The translations under genes were made by a program, and so were the position numbers. Under the pieces are notes generated by a model. It searched no databases. It was not told where the DNA came from and saw only the letters and a program-made list of their open reading frames with translations. Below, piece by piece: positions 13,420-24,997 of a stretch of 64,000 nucleotides of DNA. Where the stretch lies: positions 30,442,001 to 30,506,000 of the forward strand of contig CM060733.1 of NCBI GenBank assembly GCA_030704615.1. The letters are read 5' to 3'. This DNA is from Takakia lepidozioides (lineage: Eukaryota; Plantae; Bryophyta). The first letter of the stretch is position 1, and every line of letters begins with the position of its first letter.

Positions 13420-13870
13420 CACCCGTCTACTCTTCCTTGAGCACAGTACCAGAGCATTCAATTGGAGGCATAGTAAATTGTAATGGTGTACAAGGAGCCA
13501 ATGTGTATTTCTCACTGTACCAGAGCATTCAATTGGAGGCATTTTGTATTAGAGCCAAAGCTAGTGTACCATTTTATCACAATATGTGCACTATAGATGT
13601 ACCTGAGCATTAGAATTGCTTACAATTGACTGCAATTGACTCAATGGTCTTTGAATGTGTACCACTCCACCACAACATGTGCAGTCTATAGTTGAACCAA
13701 AGCACTACAATTGGATTCGTACCAGAGCCCTATGACCATAATACATTCAATCTCTTTGATTGTACCACTTACTCACAATAGTACTATGCACTAACTAGTA
13801 GTCTAGTTGTACCACAGCCTTACAATTGATTACAATCGAGGTGAGGTCAATGTGAGGTCAATTGTACCAT
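13420..13870. repeat. Degenerate short tandem repeats (GTACCA..CAATTG core)
   Basis: GTACCAGAGCATTCAATTGGAGGCAT is duplicated at ~13446 and ~13518, with further decayed copies. Confidence 0.55.
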
Positions 13871-14006
13871 AACACAAATGTCGATCATTTATCCTCATGT
13901 TGCATGACCAATAAGCACCAGGATAGAACCGCAGAGGTAAGACCCCAAAGAAAAAAACAAGGACAGAAGAATGCAAAATACTTTATGACATCGACAACAA
14001 TTGGAC

Positions 14007-15617
14007 TTATGTACACTCAAAGTCGGAGTCCACGTCGAGATCTTCGTCAGGAACATCCGCCTCCTCGAAAGCTGCTTCCTTGTGGGGGGCTGATGTTGAG
14101 CCGGAGGTGAGTTGTTGAAGCTCGCTGGAAACAGCTGCGCATCCCCCTCCATGCCGAAGAAGTGTCTGTCGGCGCTCTTACAGGCATGGAATGTTGCACC
14201 TGCAAATCCATAAAACGAATGGTAAAAACACCATTGAAACACAAATTGAAGATCATACTGTGGACAATTAGGAAACCTCAAGCAGGCCCACCTGTTCCCA
14301 AAGACAAGTCCACCACCCGCCCCCCATGCCAACTGCAAGTCTCCAGCAGAGTCTGTATGAATGCTGGAGATTTCTCCCGAGCACCTCTCCAAGGGACACC
14401 ATTCGTCCTTTTCAAAGTGCGCCCGAAGTCCACGTAATTAAACACCACATCGTCCTCCACAGGCTCACAGGTGGGGTCGATGTGTGTTGCAAGGTCCCTC
14501 AACTGGAACTCCGGAATCCCAGGAGGAAGGGTGTCCTTACGCAACCTTACCAAGCATAAAGCCTCGAACACCCAAGTCTGCAAGCAAACCCCAAAAATTT
14601 AGTTTTTCAAGATGCAGAAACACAAACGAAAGAAACAAGTTCAAGAGTCACTTGAAGAGAATAACTCACCCTCTACCCCGGGAACTCTCCCTTGGAAAGT
14701 GGAAGCGTGTTGATGCATGTCCATGTTTTGATGATCCTAAATCCGGAAGCCTTCATGTAGCTGAAAAGGGTTCTGCGTGCCAGCATGTCTTTTGCCTGTA
14801 ATGAAGAAGAGCAGCTGCGTCAGACAGGAATTTGTTGCTGAAAGAAAAAATCCACTGCCAGAAATGTGTATCTGACTTATTACATGTTGGTGTTGCATCG
14901 GAAGGGAGCACATCCGGCACAGGCAAACCGTCTGAAATGTCCAGTACCACCAGATCAGTTGCGTACGCTTGTTGGCTTCCATTCACCCACTCGGGCCTTT
15001 TGGTGACATGGGCCACAAAACCAAAACAATAGACCAGTTAGCCACATAATCAAATCCACAGGGAAATGAAAAACATTCATAGCAGACTTTTGTGTGGGTA
15101 CCTGAGTGAGGAAAGAAACCAGGACGTCCCATGTTTTTGATTTCTCCCCTTTGAATGTGGATTTTTTGGACTCCATCTTTGCCAAGAAGCTCTCGTTCAC
15201 CACCTCACTCCGATACTGACCCAAAACCCGAGAAGGGTGCTCTCTTGCCTCGTAAAGTTGCTCTTTCGTTTCGGAGTTCTCTTGTCCTTCCGAGTCGGAG
15301 AAGGCTTCCGCTCAGTGGTGTCTTGCACATCTTGTTCCTGCCCCGCTACATTCTTCCCCTTCCCTTTCCCATCCCCTGCACCCTTTCCCTTCCGCTTTGG
15401 GAGTGCTACTTCTCTCCGGCTCTTTTGCAGCGAGGGATTGAATTATTCACTCCTGAATGTCTTTGTCACTGAGTGGTGCCGGTGCTGCTACGTTGTCATT
15501 GAAGTTCCTCATGACCACCTCCTCGAATGGTGTGTCTTGTTTCGGCAAGTCGAGGTACCACCTGCAGTCTCTGAAGTGCGCCCTGCTCCAGTCCTTGACA
15601 ATCCCAGCCGTGTACAT
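14007..15617 (-). pseudogene. Beta-class amino-(N4-C/N6-A) DNA methyltransferase-like gene, spliced and degenerate
   Basis: Motif-IV-like ATDLVVLDISDGLP (~14920-14960) and FLSDAAALL. Exon 14292-14577 encodes WRGAREKSPAFIQTLLETCSWHGGRVVDLSLGTG and splices in phase (GT 14291 / AG 14200) to ATFHACKSADRHFFGMEGD, matching the K-P..L...S..G..V.D.F.GSG.T..A....R.F.G.E signature. A further GT-AG intron lies at 14578-14669. Frameshifts and stops are present. Confidence 0.75.
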
Positions 15618-16250
15618 TAGTATGTGTGGATCATGGGTGTTACAATGTACTGTACTGACTTCACGTAGTTTTGTAGCTCAAAACAACCTTGCATGATGCA
15701 AACATTGGAATCCTGCTTGTCCAGACTGACCTCTACCTCATGATTCTCATGGCCATGTAGTGTTGCCATGAGTTCTCCTATCTTGCACACTTAGACATTG
15801 TTTTGGAGCTTTCAGAAGCTCATAGGTGCAATGGGGGCATCCAAAGTGAGTCCGTATGTAACACATGGGGTGTTCCCGAAAAGGTCATGGGAGCGATTTG
15901 GCCATGACAATGGAGGTGAGGATCATATACCTGTGTTCTCATTCGGTCATTTGTCCTGTATGGTTGTTGTTGAGAGGTTACCAGGTGACTTGTATTATGC
16001 TGACCAACTGCTTCGCACTAGTTTTTTTCACTGAAGTATTTGGAAGGAAGCTCACCACAGATGTTGGAAAGCTGGATCAGCTGGCACAAAACTGATTGTG
16101 TCTTGTATAATAAATTTGAACACAGAGGGTCCAGAGCATGGATTCGCTCACTTTTGGATCACAAATTCATGTGCAACCACTGTGAAAGATGTTATGGGAA
16201 GGCCACCCTTTGAGGTCCTCAGCCTGGCTGGCTCCATAGCTGCTGCACTA

Positions 16251-18481
16251 CCTGATAAGGCAATGACAGGCCGTTTTCAGACCTGGATTTGATGTGGAAT
16301 GAAGCATAGTGAGGTTCTATTTGCCAAACATGGCATTAGCCTGGGAAACAGTGATGGTAAGCTCTAAAGGACTCTGGCTAGTGATTAGTTACTTTATTTT
16401 GCCATATGAACAGCCACCTGCATTGTATGATTTATCTTGGCCAAGTGGGCTTGATCTTGGGCACTCAAATTGTATATGTGTCCATATCTAGATGTTGTGA
16501 CAGGGCAGGCTTTTCTTCCATGCCAAAATGCCTTACATGATGCATATCTTGGGGCAACTGTACATGATGTAGCATGAAGTCGCAGTCAGTCTTGTCATGC
16601 CCAAAGTGAGCACTTGGTTGCATGTTTTGGAGTCTGATTTACTGCAGGCTGGGCCAGCAAGAGTCCTGTGTACATAGGTCCTGAATCTGTACAATGACAG
16701 GCTGTTCTTACCTACCCAGAAGGCCTTGCACGATGCACGCCTTGGGGTACTTACATTTGGCCAAATGTAAAGCTGCAATATGGCTTGCCATGCCCAAGAA
16801 TTTTACTTGGTGGCATGCCCAAAGTGTAATTAATTGTAGGCTGGTCCTTCCAGTTGTCTGTGTGAACATTCCCTGAAATGTGTTGTAGGTCAGGTTGTTC
16901 TTACCTACCTTGCATAATGCTTGTCTTGGATCACCTCAAGGTACCTGTGTATACATATCTTGGATCTGTAATATGGCGAGAAGTTCTTATATGCCCATGA
17001 TATCTTGCATGGTGCATATCTTATTGATAACTATGGATGATATAATCTGAGGCTGCAATTTGACTTATATTGTGCAAGAGGGTCACTTGGGTACATTACA
17101 GGAATCTGATTATGAACATACCCCACCCTCCCACCCTATTTTATCATGACTGAATGGGTGGCATCACTTGGTGTGCTATGACAAGACTGGAAATGTTAGA
17201 TGGTGCCCTGTCATGGGTTGTTTATGTCGTTAATTGACAATGACCCTAGTTGGTCTTGTCCATGTCTTGACATGAAATGAATATCTTCCCTCTCCCTCTC
17301 TCTTTTTAACTTTTCTGCCACCTCTCTCCCTTTTTTTTTTTTTTTTTTTTAAGCACAAAAGAGAGGGAGAGAGAGGGAAGATACTCATGTCATGTCAAGA
17401 CATGGACAAGACCCACTAGGGTCATTGTCAATTAAAGATATAAACAGCCCATAAACAGGGCACCATCTAACACTTCCATTCTAGTCATGATTTCCCAATT
17501 GATTTCACCCAATCATTCACGATAAAACAGGGTGGGAGGGCGGGGTTTGTTTATGTACAGGTCTTGGCAACAAGACAAGCATATAAGCAAGCATCTTGTG
17601 TACTGAAAAATCAGATTGCTGCAGCCTGTCATACCCTTTCATGGCATCATAATTACAACAAGACATGCATTCTAGAGCAAAACATCTTGTGTATGTGAAG
17701 CCAGCCTGCAATATTATAGATTCAAGACATGCCCTTCAAGCAAACATCTTGGGTATGACAAAATAATTTGCAGCCTACCTTATCAGTATTATCCCAAGAC
17801 ATGCATCATGCAAGGCATCTTGGGCAAGTAAGAACAACCTGTCATATTGCAGATTCAAGATATGTACACACAAGCATCTTGATGGACCAGCCTGCAGTTT
17901 ATCAGATTCCAAGCATGCACCAAGTAACCCTCTTGGGCATGACAAAGCATATTGCAGCCTCATTCTTTACCATTTGTAATTACCCCAAGACATGCATCTT
18001 GCAAGGCCCCTTGGGTAGGTAAGAACAGCCTGCCATACTACAGATTCAAGACATGTATACACAAGTATCTTGATGGACCAGCCTGCAGTTTTTCAGATTC
18101 CAAACATGCAACCAAGTAATCCTCTTGGGCATGACAAGACAAATTGCAGATTCATTCTATACCATTCATAATTGCCCCAAGACATGCATCATGCTAGACA
18201 TCTTGGGCATGGAAAAACGGCATACCATATTACAGATTCAAGACAAGGACACAAACACCTTGAGTGCCCGAGACCAAGCCCACTTGGCCAAAAAGTAAAC
18301 CATACATTGCAAGTCACTGGTCTGATGGCAAAACAAGGCTAATAATCTCTGGAAATGGTCCAGTAGAGTTTACCAACACTGTTTTCCATGAGGCTTACGC
18401 CAGGGTTTGCAAATGAGCCTCATTATGCTCCTTTCCACACCAGATTCAGGCCTGAAAGAGGCCTGTCATTGCCTTATCAGG
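16251..18481. repeat. Long inverted repeat, arms ~16251-17300 and ~17360-18481, with a poly-T spacer
   Basis: CCTGATAAGGCAATGACAGGCC at 16251 pairs with GGCCTGTCATTGCCTTATCAGG ending at 18481. TGACCCTAGTTGGTCTTGTCCATGTCTTGACATG at ~17241 pairs with its reverse complement at ~17391-17425. Confidence 0.9.
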
Positions 18482-21400
18482 CTGCCATCTTGAAAATCAG
18501 GGCCTCCTCTTCCTTAGATCCTAACAGCCACTGAGGCCTTACCCATAAAACTCAACTCCTCTTTAAGGCCAAAACAGTACCCAGCTTAATAATCCACAGG
18601 CACCGTTGTCAAAGATTCAAGACAAGGTAAGGTCCAGATGTTGGGCTTCAAGAGACAGGCCTGTCAGGCCGAAATGCTTCATCAAAGGTAGCAAAACATA
18701 AGTAAGAAGTAAGCATCAGCATGCCAAACTAGGAGCAAGCGGGTGGAAATCGGGGCTGCAGGCAGAGCCAAGTCAAGACGCCATACACAATAGGTTCCCT
18801 TTGCCCACATCCATATCTGCAAGCTCAAGAGAATTCATAGCAAGTAGGGACCCTCACCTGGTCCCATTACAAGCCCCCACAAAAACCAACAGGTTAGTGA
18901 GGATTGTGGAACCCCAGGTGAATCACAGACCCCTACGCTTGTCATCGATGTCAACTAAGAACCTCAAAAGCAAGAGAGAAAGTCATAAAACAAAATGAAC
19001 CCTAATCACCAAAAGCACCTTGAGCGATTGGGGAAGAGAACTGTACGCCATCACCACCAGCAAGCCACCTCCAGCAAAACAAAGGAGAAGTGAAGCATAT
19101 AAGCACACTTGCTAGGTTTAAGAAGGGAGAGAGAGATACTTCCCTACACAAGTGCCGCTGCAAAAATTAAAAGCCAGAGGAGGGAAAGAGACAATGCATT
19201 CACAGCATTGTCTCCCGCCTGTAAGAAAAAACAAAGCGCCGCCATTGCGCATCCCCAGGAGATTGCCCAGCACGGGTACGATGCAGTAAACAGGGTAGCA
19301 GCAAAACACAGACGCCATAAATGCTCTTCCCACGAGCTTAGAAGCACTGCTCGTGCTTCTGACGGCGGGAGAGACATCCTAGGGCTCTTGCCCGATTTTT
19401 CATCTGTGCAGGATGAATAATCAACACCACATCCTTTAAAACTCGACGGATGGTTAAACGGTAGGTTTTAGGGTAGGGGTTAGGGTTTCACACCTTAACT
19501 AACCATAATTAGGGGTAATCAATATCAGTCCAGGGCCATCAAGAGCTGTACACTTCATCCGGTTCAGATGAAAAAAAAATTATTGAGTTCATCCGTTGGA
19601 AAAAATCCAGCGGTAGGATGAAAAAACGGGAAATAACATCTAAGGCATCGGTTTTACATCCTCACAGGTAATTCCACATCTCTCTCCCTCCTCGGAATTG
19701 GCCGGTTGCATCAGTGTTCTTTTCATGATTTTCCATCTATACCAGATGGACTCTGAAAGGTGTTTTCACCCGACTTGTAAAGGTATTCTATCCATACCGG
19801 AAGAATCACCTGGGTGGACAATAAAGTACCTTTAAAAAGGACCTATAATTTTTCATTCCTCTTTTATTGACTTTCATCTACATCAGATGAGTCACCAGAG
19901 AATGAGGAATTACCTCCATAGGGGTTATGACACTAGCATCATATCTATAATTTTTCCATCCATGCCGGATGAAAAATACCAGGATTTGAATTCGTTTTAT
20001 TCCCCCTTTATGCTTTTTTTCCGTACTGGATGAGGCTTTCTCTTAAGGGATGACGAATTACCTGTTATGATGAATAACCGCTGCCCTGGATGATGTATAC
20101 TATTTTTTCATCCTGCTGATGGACCTGATCCAAATAAATGAACCTATTTATTTTTTCATCTGGACCGGATGAAAAAAGCGGCTGGCCATAGAGATTTTTT
20201 TAATTACCCTTAATTATTGCTAATTAAGGAGTGAAACCCTAACTCCTACCCTATAATCTACTGTTTAAACCTAGCTAATGGATGACATCCGTCGGGTTTT
20301 TAAGAGAAAGGGTATTGATTATTCATCCTCCGGATGAAAAATCGGGCTCTGCCCTAGGGTCTTTTCCCTTGTCAGCTGCATTCCTCGTGTTGCTGAGCTC
20401 GCGAGTTATGGCGTCTGAGCTCTGCTGCTACCTTGTCTGTTGCTTCATGCCGGACGAGCTCCTGGGGATGCGCAATGGCGGCGTCTTGTCTCTTCTCACA
20501 GGCAGGAGAACCCGATGTGATGGCATCGTCCCTTTCCCTCCTCTGGCTTTTATGTTTCGCAACGGCGCTTTGGTGGGGAAGTATATCGCTCCCTCTCCCT
20601 TCTTAGACCTAGCATTTGCATGCTTCGCTTCTCGTTTGCTGTGCTGGAGGTGGCGTGTTGGTGGCGATGACGTAGTGTTACCTTCCCCAATCACTCAAGG
20701 TACTTTTGGCGATTAGGGTTCCTTTTACTTCATATCTTTCTCTCTTGTTTTTGGGGTTCTTAATTGACATTGATAACAAGTGTAGGGGTCTGTGATTCAC
20801 CTGGGGTTTCACAATCCTCACTAACCCATTGGTTTTTGTGGGGGCTTCTGATGGGACCAGGTGAGGATCCCTACCTACTTTGAATTCTCTTGAGCTTGCA
20901 GATAAGGATGTGTGCAAAAGGAACATACTGCTGCTGCCTGCAGCCCCGATTTCAGCCCGCTTGCTCCCGGTTTGACATGATGATGCTTGCTTTTTACTTA
21001 TCTTTTGCTGCTGCTGATGGAGCGCTTTGGCCTGGCAGCCTTGTCTCATGCAGCACTGCATGTGAATCCTACCTTGTCTTGAATCTTTGACAGCTTTGCC
21101 TGTGGATTTTTAGACTAAGTTTCCCCTTCTTTTGGCCTTAAAAGAGGATTGATGGTGTAAGGGACTAGTCATAAGTGGCTGTTTGGCTCTAAGGATGAGG
21201 AGACCTAAGTTTTGTTAAAGAAGACAGCATGATAAGGCAGTGACAGGCCATTTTCAGACCTGGATTTGTTGTGGAATGGAACATAGTGAGGTTCTATTTG
21301 CAAAACATGGCATTAGCATCCTGTGAAACAATGACGGTAAGCTCTAAAGGACTCTAGCCAATGATTATTTACTTTATTTTGCCATATGAACAGCCACCTG

Positions 21401-22340
21401 CATTGTATGATTTATCTTGGCCAAGTGGGCTTGGTCTGGCACTTAAAGTGTATGTGTGTCCAGATCTAGATACTGTGACAGGACATGTCTTTCTTCCATG
21501 CCAAAACGTCTTACAGGATGTATATCTTGGGGCAACTATACATGATGTAGAATGAAGTCGCAGTCAGTCTTGTCAAGTCCAAAGTGATCACTTGGTTGCA
21601 TGTTTTGGAGTCTGATTTACTGCAGGCTGGGCCAGCAAGAGTCCTATGTGCAAAGGTCCTGAATATATACAATGACAGACTGTTCTTACATACCCAGAAA
21701 GCCTTGCACGATGCATGCTTTGGGGTGCTTACATTTGGCCAAATGTGAAGCTGTTTATCTTGCCCAAGAAGTGTACTTGGTGGCAGGCCTGAAGTGCAAT
21801 TAATTGCAGGCTGGTCCTTCCTGCTGCCGGTGTGAACACTCACTGAATGTGTTGTAAGGCAGACTGTTCTTACCTACTTTGCATAATGCTTGTCTTGGAT
21901 CACCTCAAGGTACTTGTGTATACATATCTTGGATCTGTAATGTGGCAAGATACTCTTATATGCCCATGATATCTTGCATGGTGCATATCTTATGGATAAC
22001 TATGGATGATGAAATCTGAGGCTGCAATCTGACTTATATTGTGCAAGAGGGTCACTTGGGTACATGACAGGAATCTGATTATGAACATACCCCGCCCTCC
22101 CACCCTGTTTTATCATGACTAAATGGGTGGCGTCACTTGGCATGTTATGACAAGACTGGAAATGTTAGATGGCGCCCTATCATGGGGCTGTTTATGTCTT
22201 TAATTGACAATGACCCTAGTTGGTCTTGTCCATGTCTTGACATGATATGAATATCTTCTCTCTCTTTTGTCTATGTCCATCTCGCTCTCTCTTTTTAACT
22301 TTTCTGCCCCCTCTCTCCCTCTCTGGTTTGTTTTGTTTTG
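17350..22340. repeat. Second, larger inverted repeat, arms ~17350-19690 and ~20045-22340; 21231-22330 is also a direct copy of 16251-17330
   Basis: TAGGGTAGGGGTTAGGGTTTCACACCTTAA at ~19469 pairs with TTAAGGAGTGAAACCCTAACTCCTACCCTA at ~20224. 18501-18532 pairs with 21174-21205, and 19556-19690 with 20045-20175. The arms are collinear and moderately diverged. Confidence 0.9.
17700..18250 (+). repeat. ~191-bp tandem repeat (3-4 copies) inside the inverted-repeat arms
   Basis: CCCAAGACATGCATC occurs at 17793, 17984 and 18176. Decayed inverted counterparts lie in 16500-17100 and 21480-22080. Confidence 0.8.
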
Positions 22341-24997
22341 TGAGCAGCACAAAAGAGAGGGAGAGAGAGGGAGAGAGAGGGAGAGATCAGGAAACCAAAA
22401 ATAAATAAAAATGTGGGGACGGGGGAGTGACTGAGCAGCTGCCGTTGTTGTTCAGTCAGTTTTTTATTTTTTGGCCCCCTCTCTCCCTCTCTCTCCGTCT
22501 GGAAACTGGGTTTATGGAATTGTTGTCCCAACTTCCATCCTTGAAAATTTTGAAAAATTGGGTTGCAGGGAATTTAGATGTTTTTCATTCAGAATACATT
22601 TCTTTTTTTCCCTAAGTGAGACATTTCTTCATTAATACCTGTGAGGATGAACATCAACCCGGAATATACTGATTGCAAAACTCCCGTCATTATTATTATT
22701 TTTCAATCCAACCTGGATGAAAAAAGACTTCATCTGGCAGGACCTAAATACGGGACAAGACAGGTATACATAAATAAAACAACCCCGATGTTTTTCATCT
22801 AACCTAGATGAAAAACGGACTGCATCCGTTGAGTTCAAGACAAGATGAACACACGATGTTTTTCATCTTCCGCGAATGAGAAACGGACAACGTCCGTTGG
22901 GCGTATGGGCTAGCCGATGTTTTTCATCCTAAGAAGGATGAATGACGAGCCGGACAGGGGAAAACTCTACGCAACCCTAATGTCTTTCTTTTTGCGCTGC
23001 GAGAGTGCGCGCGATGGTGGCTTGGAGGTGGCGATGGTGCTCGTGCTGCAGATACCATGAGCTGCCAATCCCCCTGGAGTGTTTATGGCTCTTGTGAGCG
23101 CCGCCTCTGCAGGCTCTTTAAGGCGATGGCGGTGGCTTAGAGATGAGGGAAGATTCATTGTCTCATTTGTCTGTTTTTTTGCTGCACAAGGGAACAAAGG
23201 CAGTGATGGCGGGGGTACCACCTGCCTGCTTGTGAAGTTTCCCTATGAGCCCTCCTCTGGATCTTTGATGAATGGTGGCGTCTTGGTAGAACAAGGAAGT
23301 CTCTCTCTCCCTCCCTTTATAAACCCTACCTTATGAGACAAAGCTCTTTTTTCTTGTGCTTGGCAAGACTTTGCTTTGGTTAAGGTAGCAGTGTTGTGGT
23401 GTTGGCGGAGACCTCCCTGCACGGTTGGGCTTGTGGAGAGATGGTGACCATCCCCCAAACAGTAATTTTTTTTTTTTTTTCTATTTGTCTTGCTTCCTTA
23501 CTTTCTTTGGCATTCTTTGTGCTTAGATTCAAGTGTATTTGATCTCCGATAGCAAGTGTGGAAGCCTGCTACTCACCTTGTGCATCCTCACTAACTCACA
23601 ATGCGTTGTGGTTGTTTTTAGGACGGGCATAGGTGAGGGCTTCCACTTAATATGCTGATGTCTAGGTGTTGCTGGATGCCAAATGGGTTGTAGAGCCGGG
23701 GAAATGATTGCTAGCCATGGATTCATCTGAAAATGTTGAAAAACTAAACTACTCTATGGTTTTTCTTGATCCTACCTCTTTCTTTTATATATGAAGAACA
23801 AATATAGTGCTGTTTAAGGTGGGCTATTTCGGCCCAGCCAGTGGAAGACCTTTGCTTGGCTATGACAGCCGTGTTTATGATGGCTTATGTGAGACACACA
23901 TCTATTTTTCAGGCACTAGCTTGCTTTGCTTGCCTTATGGTAGTTGGAAACAAAAGGAAAGGCTGCAAGGAACTGTTTGTTGCAGCTACTCAGGTACCCC
24001 TGATGATAAAATACCCATGTTATGTTCCAACCCGGATGGCTCTATTAGCTAGATGTTTAGGCCAAGGTATGGTGAAGATTTTGTCTGTGGCTATTCGGCT
24101 GACACTGAAATATGACAGCAATATAATTGATAACTGGTTTTTGAGGCAGCCAAGGGTGGTTAAGTGGAAATATCTCCTAGACATGATGTAATGACATGGT
24201 CAAACGTGGAATGATGTGAATAGGGTGTGCTGACAGTATCATATACTGTCACAGGATGTGTATGCAGTCCTTTATTTTTACCTTGTTGTGTCATGAACTT
24301 TGATTTTCAGCTGTAGCAAGAAATAATGGTATAGGGGTATTCTGGAAAACTTACCAGACATATCCCCCTCCCTTGTGGGGGCAAGTTGTGTTGCAGACCA
24401 GTTTAAACAAATATTGGCAGGGCAAGGTATTTAAATCTGTGATATCCAAGTGTTCTTTTTCTTTCTTTTCTTAAAAACCCTCCATGACACCCATGGGGTT
24501 TGAGTAAATATGCTTGGATTACAGCTTGCGGACAGTAAATCTGTATGACCATTTGACCTGCACCACATCAAGGCCAAAATATGGCCAAGTACCCGCCATC
24601 CCACCCAGACCTCTGAATGTGTATCATGGTCATGAATGATGGTCAATCAGCATCAGTGGAATACTCTTTGGGTTATGAATAATACTGACATGAACACATT
24701 ACTGTACATGGATGTAATTCTGGATTTTCTAAGCTTGATAATTGATGGATGGTGCCACTGTTAAGTGGCTGATATGTCTGATTATTCTTCTTATTCATGA
24801 CAACGACCCTAGGGGTCTTGTCTTTTTCTTGACATGACAAAAAATATCTTCCTTTAAAAAAAAAAAAAATCTGCCCATCTCTCCCTCTCTTGTTTGTTTT
24901 GTTTTTTAAGCAGCACAAAAGATAGGGAGAGAGAGGGAGAGAGAGAGAGAGATCAGGAAAGGTGGGGGGGGGGGGGGGGGGGGGAAAACTTAGTCAC

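Noticed and set aside
19466-19490. Interstitial telomere
   Set aside because: Only 2-3 degenerate TTTAGGG-like units; better read as a telo-box-like promoter motif.
19109-21061. Paired ORFs in the palindrome arms as real proteins
   Set aside because: Their similarity follows from DNA homology, frames and stops are not conserved, and no domain was recognised.
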